From a virus (Duplodnaviria; Caudoviricetes), in the IMG/VR virus record IMGVR_UViG_3300032216_001099, positions 1 through 43,825 of that record: a DNA stretch of 43,825 nt, one strand, 5' to 3'. This document shows positions 1 through 7,200 of this stretch, piece after piece (position 1 is the first letter of the stretch; the number at the start of each line of letters is the position of its first letter). A model generated the notes under the pieces. That model worked only from the letters and a program-made list of their open reading frames with translations, was not told the DNA's origin and made no database searches. The translations under genes and the position numbers were made by a program.

Positions 1-66
1 AAGGTGCTCTGGCTTAGAAAAGACGTGGAGTCGTGGATTAATGAGCACAGACAACAACCAACCTAG
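1..66 (+). CDS. 3' end of a probable AlpA/excisionase-like HTH DNA-binding protein (partial)
   Basis: Frame 1 is open from base 1 to TAG at 64-66 and reads KVLWLRKDVESWINEHRQQPT. The 'vlW...dV..Wi' pattern matches the C-terminal wing/helix of AlpA/Xis-like proteins. Not in the ORF track. Confidence 0.5.
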   Translation, partial: KVLWLRKDVESWINEHRQQPT

Positions 67-289
67 CGCTGGCTGGGCGTTACTCAAACCCGAATACGGA
101 AATATGGTTGCTATTCCTATCGACAAGCTTGCTGAGCTTGTCGGTATGATGAAAGTAATCTCCCCCAGCTACGAATCGGGCGTTACGACGTTTTCTTTGT
201 GTGCAAAACCTATCGATATAGCCGTAATGACCGCTGATCAGATGCGCGCTATTGAAGTGCGCGCTCGTCTGATTTCTTCTACGGAGTGA
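41..289 (+). CDS. hypothetical phage protein, 82 aa
   Basis: ATG start with GGAG upstream; tightly packed with neighbours. Confidence 0.75.
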   Translation: MSTDNNQPSAGWALLKPEYGNMVAIPIDKLAELVGMMKVISPSYESGVTTFSLCAKPIDIAVMTADQMRAIEVRARLISSTE

Positions 290-293
290 CTGT

Positions 294-485
294 ATGTTTA
301 AGTATTGGCGCCCTAAAAACTGGCGAGCTAAATGGCTATGGCCTGTAGCGTTTGCGCTGATTCAATTTGCTCAAGCGTGCGTATGCGTTCTGTGCTTAGG
401 CCAGTGGAATCCAAATTGGTTGTTAGAGTTTGTGCGCTGGAGAACGCTAAAAGAAATTGGTCGTCAAAACGATTTGTTTTTGTAG
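294..485 (+). CDS. small hypothetical protein with a hydrophobic segment, 63 aa
   Basis: GGAG upstream of ATG; fills the gap between co-oriented genes; Trp-rich, one possible TM helix. Confidence 0.6.
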   Translation: MFKYWRPKNWRAKWLWPVAFALIQFAQACVCVLCLGQWNPNWLLEFVRWRTLKEIGRQNDLFL

Positions 486-494
486 GAGGGAGAC

Positions 495-962
495 ATGAGT
501 AAATTACGAGAAGCGGCGTTTGACGCTATGGTGGCACTGAAAGAACTTAACGGTGGAGTTACCGAAACTGGCTGGAAAATTGACGTCCAAACAGAAATCG
601 ATCTGTTACTTGAAGCGTTGAAAGAAGACGCGCTGGCCGAGATGCAGCGGCTAACTGAAAGTGAGTATCAAATAAAAAGCGCCCTTGAAAAACTGACCGA
701 GAGGCACGAAGAATTGCTAGAAGCGATGTTTGTACAATTAGAGCGCGAATCAGAAATCTGGGGCAGAAAACCAAGGACTGAAAAACAAAATTCTGCTGAC
801 GTCAGTGCAACGGCTAAATTTTTAGAATGGAACGAAGTGGTTGTTGGCCTTGCAGTGAAAGCTGAGCGCGACGAGATTTGCGCACTGGTAAAAAATATGC
901 ACGATTCTGGTTTGCCAATGCCGTCTATCCTTGAACATATTAGCCTACGGTGGGAAAAATGA
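495..962 (+). CDS. hypothetical phage protein, 155 aa
   Basis: Strong AGGAGG RBS immediately upstream; helical acidic composition. Confidence 0.8.
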   Translation: MSKLREAAFDAMVALKELNGGVTETGWKIDVQTEIDLLLEALKEDALAEMQRLTESEYQIKSALEKLTERHEELLEAMFVQLERESEIWGRKPRTEKQNSADVSATAKFLEWNEVVVGLAVKAERDEICALVKNMHDSGLPMPSILEHISLRWEK

Positions 963-1168
963 CTAAGGAAGACATTATCCGCATGGCACGGGAAGCTGGG
1001 CTTAGCGGGCTAGAAGAAAACGGGCTTCTTGAGAACTTTGAGCGTTTCGCCGCTTTGGTCGCCGCCGCCGAGCGAGAGACGTGTGCGCGGGTGGTCGAGC
1101 AGTACACCGGGGCATGGGACGATCAGGGTTACGCACTATCTCAGGCGATCCGCGCACGGGGGGAGTGA
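959..1168 (+). CDS. small hypothetical phage protein (MTKEDIIRMAREAG... type)
   Basis: ATGA overlap with the previous stop puts the start at 959. The 'IIRMAREAG...ERFAALVAAAERE.CA...AIRARG' pattern is common in proteobacterial phages. Confidence 0.8.
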   Translation: MTKEDIIRMAREAGLSGLEENGLLENFERFAALVAAAERETCARVVEQYTGAWDDQGYALSQAIRARGE

Positions 1169-1183
1169 TCACTCACCGCTTTT
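1158..1183 (+). terminator. possible weak intrinsic terminator at the convergent junction
   Basis: Palindrome GAGTGATCACTC (1163-1174) followed by TTTT at 1180-1183; short stem. Confidence 0.25.
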
Positions 1184-1224
1184 CACACACCCCGCATTTT
1201 GTGCCAATCTTTAGCTCGATTGCG

Positions 1225-4200
1225 CTAATAATTGGTTAGCCATTGATCGTAAACAGCGTTAGCCGGTAACGATTTCACTATGAATTTTTGCAATGCCGCA
1301 GGATTTCCGTCGCTAGCGGCTTTAAGACCTTGTTTGAGCTGGCTAATTGTCGGCCCCGCCAGTGATTCCCATCCTTCGCCGCCGTGCATTAAGTCAGCGT
1401 TGACGTCAGTGAAGAATTGACCTGTGCCTGTCAGACCCGATCGCAGCACCCCGTCTTTCACATAATCTACAACGCCCCAATCTTTCTTGTATGGGGGCTC
1501 ATCGCCCATGTTGCTAACAAAATCTTTTAGGAACGTAGCTGCGATCATGCCAGGCACGTACAAAGCGGCTACCAACATCGGCTGGTAGTTTTCATTTTGC
1601 GCTTCCAATTTGACTCGGTCAGTAATAGTGCTCTGAAACGCCCAAACAAATTTTTTGAGATGCGCGATTGGCAGTAGATACGGATTAGACGCCCAGTTTG
1701 GCAATTCCGCCGCCGACGGGTTTAGCAGCGCCTGCCGCACAAACATTTCCGTGGCGTTGCGGATGTTGGTAGCCGCTTCTTTGGCCTTCAAAGACGCTTG
1801 CTCTTCCTTCATACCTTCGCTTACGTAATGTTGTTTGAGGTCGCTTTCCCGCCACAAAATTCCTTCGTTTGCAGAATCCTCAATCACTTGGTCAGCACTC
1901 ACCCCAAGCTCTGTCAAATACCGTTCGTTTTGCGCCGCCGTCCACATTTTGCCGTTAGCAGCTCGGAGCATAAACAAGTGAGCCGATTTAGTGGCCATGA
2001 TTGTGTTGTTCCGAATCCAACCGTTTAACAAGTTGTATTTGAAAAAGCCGTCGTTGATTTTGCGCGTCGTGCCGCGCAGCGTTACGCCAGTGTAAAGGTT
2101 GTCGGCGTTAACAATGGTGCCAGCGCGTGTAATGGTGCCCATGTCTTGAGCCATCAATTCCCATTGATCCGGCGTGTAATCCTCTCTCCAATCGCGGAAA
2201 ATATTTTTCAACGAATAGGTGAACGCACCCCATGCGTCGCCGACAGAGTTGCTGCGTACAGCGATCCCTAACGGATCGACTAACGAAGCGAACAAACTGA
2301 ACGGCAGCAAACGAATGTTCTGATACACCGTCATGGCGCCATACAAGTCTTTAAGCTGGCGGTTCATGCCAACCTCTTTGTTCCCTAACAAACCGTCAAG
2401 GTAGTCGGAAACCAATTTCATCTCGTCCGGCGTCGCGCCGTACTCTGAAACTGCTTTGGCTTTCATGGCCGAAAGTTTAGCGCCGCCTTTGCCAAACGAA
2501 CGTACAAATTCTGTCTGGCGTACAGCTTGCTTTGCATAGCGCACCACAGTGGCTAGCGGGTCTTCTTCCATGAACGCCATACGATCTTCGCGGGAGATGA
2601 AATCTAATGTTCTGTCGTTAGAGTGTTCGGCGATCGGCTCGTTCTCACTACCCATTACGTTGACAAATTTCTCGCCGCGTTCGATGTACGCCGAGATCGA
2701 TTGCCAAATTTCTTCCGGCGTTTTCATCAGCGTATTTAATTCTTTCTGGTACGTCTTGAGCATGGCGATAAACCCATCACGGTCGTTTGCCACTTTTTCC
2801 GCCGACCACGATAACGGGTAGTAGTTATCGAGGTGTCCGACGTCTACTCCAGCGTCTTTCTGATACGTGTACATGTCCTTATACAAATCAGTGACTTTGT
2901 CGTACGCAGACGCTAAAGCCGCGTCTGTCGGACGTTCGGCTTTAATTTTTGCAGCATGCAGTTGCTTAAGCTGGTCTTCGCTTAGCCCCCGGAAAACACC
3001 ATCTATCCGGTTTTGGAACAAAGTGTTCTGATGGATCATGCGCTGCACCATACCGGCACCACCTTCTGCGCCAGTATTCTGGTAGCCCAGTCTTGCGATT
3101 TTGGCAATCCACGGATTCTTCGTGTCTTGCATCCGTTCATATACCCCGGTCAGCAACACGTCGTGGAAGCCCTTCACAACTCCGCCAAGGTCAGCGAGCA
3201 TTTCTTGCGCACGCTCAGTCCACGGGCGGTTGACGTCTAGTTTTCTGGCCAGCGGCGATATACCTTTGTCTGCACGGCGGCCACTAGCCAAATCATTCAT
3301 AATCAATAGGGCTTTTTCTTCGTTAGTCAGAAGACCTAACACACCCCGGATAAATTCTTGGAACCGTTCAAACAGCGTCTTGGCCTTTTCGCCCATCTGG
3401 AGCACTTCTGGGTTTAACGACCATACTTGGAAGCCGTAAGCCGCTGCTTCTTCCGGGTCATACTTTTCCGATTTAGGATCGATAGCGGCCAGCACTTCCG
3501 GGCTGTCTTTGAAATATTCACGAAGCCGTTTGCTGACTAGCCCTTGCGTAAACGCCGTGGCCAAAATTCTTTTTTCTTCTGGGGAGAAGAAGAAACTCAT
3601 AGCGGCGTGAAACGCTTCGTGCTCAACCAACCCAGCATTGCTTTCTGCGCCAGTAGCGATGCGTAAAAGCCCCAACACGCCGAGATCGCTTTGAATTTTG
3701 GCGATTTGTTCTTCAAGCGCTTTGATTGCAAGCGCGTTTTTGGTTGCGTTAGCGTTGAGCAAACCCCGACGTTCGTCGCCTAGCTTCTTAACTTTTGCCC
3801 GTAAGTCTGTGTACTCGCCGACAGCCGTTCCATCAAGCACCTCATTAAATTTTACGCGCACTCGCTTACCAACAAGTTTCTCCAAGCGCTCAACAAAATC
3901 TTTTTGGACGGCGGTTACTGCGGCAGCCGCAGGCGGCTTTACGTTTTTCGCTTCTAGTGCATTTATGTATGTAAGAAACGTAGAATTTGGCTCAGCCGGT
4001 TTGATTACATGCTCATAGAAATGCTTAAGCGTGTCGTACAGCTTCTGCCAAAAATTGCGCAATTCAGGATCTTTGATTGCCGTATTAAGGTCGTTGGCTA
4101 CAAATTTATTGAAGTTTTCAGCAAACCATTCTTCAAACGAAGTGACGTACGCCGGGTAAGCTCTGGCCACAGCCAGTCCGGCGGCCGTAGATAGGTTTAT

Positions 4201-7200
4201 GGCTTTCTTGATAGCCGCGTCCAATTCTGCGGACGTTTGAGCGGCGTCTATCTCAGCGTCCAATTCGTTAAGCGTTTTAAGCGAGATGTTTCTAATAGGA
4301 GACGCTAATTTACCAATTTTAGTCGGGTCTTTCGTAAACGCCCTAAGGTCAGCCATATATGCTTTAGTCAGCTTCTTTTTTACGGCTTTACTGGCCTTAT
4401 CAAACACAGCTCTTTGAATAACGTGGCCAAATTCGTGCGCCAAAGTGTTCAAACGTACTGGTGAGTTCCTCCCAACTTTCGGGTTTGTCCCCCATAACAC
4501 GATTCGATACACACCGTCGGATCCGGTGCTCATCATCCCTACTTTTTTCATGACGCCTACGTCAAAAGACCCGAATTGCGCTTCGTAATATTGTTTAAGG
4601 CCCGGCGTGTCTTTTGGCAGAACTACTACGCGCACTTGCGTGCCTTTAGGCAAATAGCGAGCAGCCCATCCATCTACGGTGCGCTGAGAGTTTCCGCTTT
4701 CGTCATATCTTCCAGACGTGATAGCTTGATTAAGCGCGTCCGGAAGCCCGACATTGTTTGACGGAGCCTGATTTGACGGAGCCTGATCCGCCATATCCAT
4801 GTTCATCGGGGCATTACGCAAAGCTTTTGACCGAGCGTTCATAGCTTTTGAAAGCTGTGATTTGTCTTCCGCCGAAATAGTCGCAGCTTTTAGCAATTGA
4901 CCTAGCCGATTTAGCTGCTGGACAGTCTCCGCGTTGTTAATCTGATTGAGCATTTGCGTAGCAAACCCGGACATCCGCGCGGAAGTATTGGGCGTAGTTT
5001 GCGGAGTCTGTGCGGGCGTAGTTTGCGAAGTCTGTGCGGGGCTAGTACGCAAAGCGCGCGCGCGTTCGGTCAAAGCTCTTGCGATTGACTGCTTATCTTC
5101 ACTTGAAAGATTGGTGTCTTTCGCCTTAGCGGCGTTTATAGCATTCAATTGCTTGACGTCAGCCGCGTTTCTAACTTGTTCAAGAAAGCTACTAACGGTC
5201 GAAGTGCTAGTGCTGGTAGGCGCGGTTGTGCTGGTAGGCGCGGTTGTGCTGGTAGGCGCGGTTGTGCTGACAGGCTTATCAGGTTTCCATACACCGGGCT
5301 CCGTTTCTACGTAGACGACATCAGACGCCCAAATAGAGTCTTCAAGATAATTCGCAACTTCGCGTTCTCCGACGTTGTGTGGGCGAGCTCGGTTTTTCCT
5401 GTCATCAGTGATAATCGTCGCACCCTGATCCATCGCTATCTGAATCAGTTTAAAATCCGGCTTTATGCGCCCCGCTCTGTCTCCTTCTGCCGATACAAAC
5501 ACGCGCACTTCTTTGCCGCCGTGCGCGTCTTGACTATACGCCCACGGATCTGACTGATTGACATTACCCCATAAGGCAGGTCCATGTTTGGCACGAAGTA
5601 AATCGGCGTAGTGCTGCGTTGAAGATTCCGCCGACCCGCGCCCAATAAACATGTTTGCCTTGGCGGCTTTCGCTACATCTTTATCCTTATACTTATGCGG
5701 CCGAGCATCGGACAAATCCAAGTTTGGGAAAAGCGTGTAAGGCGCCGGTGTTCTGGCAGGCGCCGTTGTTTCGGCAGGCGCTTCGGTGCCAACAAAGCTT
5801 CTATCAATCGGGGGCGAGTTTCGACTGTTGTCAGAACGGCCGCGCGAAGGCCTGGTGTTGCCTTGAGAGGAAAGTTGGGCGGCTAGCTCCTTATTGGTAT
5901 TGAGATTTGAATTAAGTCGGGCAAGCAAAGCTTCATTAATAAGTGCTTTGCCCCATTCTCCGTTTTTGTCTATGTACGCGAGCAGCGAGTACGGCCCAGA
6001 AGGCTGCTTTCTCGCAAGCGTGAAATTAGTTGCGCCGTCAAACTGACCGCTTCTATTGAAGAAGTCTCTTGTGTTGCTCTCAGCAAGTACGTCTTCCTGC
6101 GTACGTTTGTACCCTGATGTTAGATTGGCCCCTTCTCGTTCTGCGGCGACAACAGATCTGGACTTATTAGCCGGAGCGGTACTACCGTTCTTTCTAATGG
6201 TCGAGCCGTAATTGTCAGTTCCCGCGTAAGGGTTTCCAGTAACCATGTTCACGACATTGCCCATGTCGTCAACAATTGGAGTTGTGTTGGGAGTCGGAGT
6301 GTCAGACCGGCCTCTATAAGGAATTATCGGCCTAGAGTCTGGCTCGGTGGAGCGACGGCTTGGCGGGGCCACTTGGTTTTGGATAGCGCGTTTGGTGTCC
6401 GACCACAGCGTCCTAATGTCCGACGCAGCGCTTTCCGACAAAATCCCGTCGGCTTCCATACGGACAACTTCACCAGCAAGAGTGTTCAGCTCTTCAACCG
6501 TTTCCGCGTTAGTAATGGCGTCTCTAACGCTAGCGATCTGCGCAGTCTGTTGTTCGGTTAGTCCCTGAACAGATTCATTTTGGCCGGCGGCGACTTCGCT
6601 TTGACCTTGCGGCTGCTGTCGCAGTTCGTTCGCGCGGTCATCAAAAAGCTTTCTGAGGCTTCCGTAAAGTTGATCCGGCAGCGCATCTAAACTTTCCAAC
6701 CGCTGAAACAACTGGTCAAGGCGCTCAAAATTTGGCGCGGTTTTGATCTCGTTGCGAAGCCACGAAAACTGCCTTTTATCCGATAAGCCGGCCGTTCCGC
6801 CTCTGTAGTCGCCTATTCTTGCGCCGGGATCCGCCAATCCTGCCTTATATTCTTCGTCGGCTGTCGGACGAAGCGCATCAAGATTATTGCCAGTGATACT
6901 TGCGCCGAACGCTTCTTCGTTACGGTCTATTTGATCTGCTGACGCGGTAATTTTGTACGCCGCGCTTCTCGTAAATTTCGAGAACTTGTTGAATTTGCTG
7001 GAAAACGTTGCTGCGACTTCAGCACCAAGTTCTATATCGCCACGATTCCCGTTGCCAAATAAAACGCCGCGCGGATCCGCAGCAATAGCAGCGGTTGCTT
7101 CGTACTGCGACAGCAATTCTGCTACTTGTTCGCCTTTATCAATGATGGCTTTGCCCGTTTTTGAATCGGGGCTGGACGGCGACGGAATAAGCTCGTTAAG

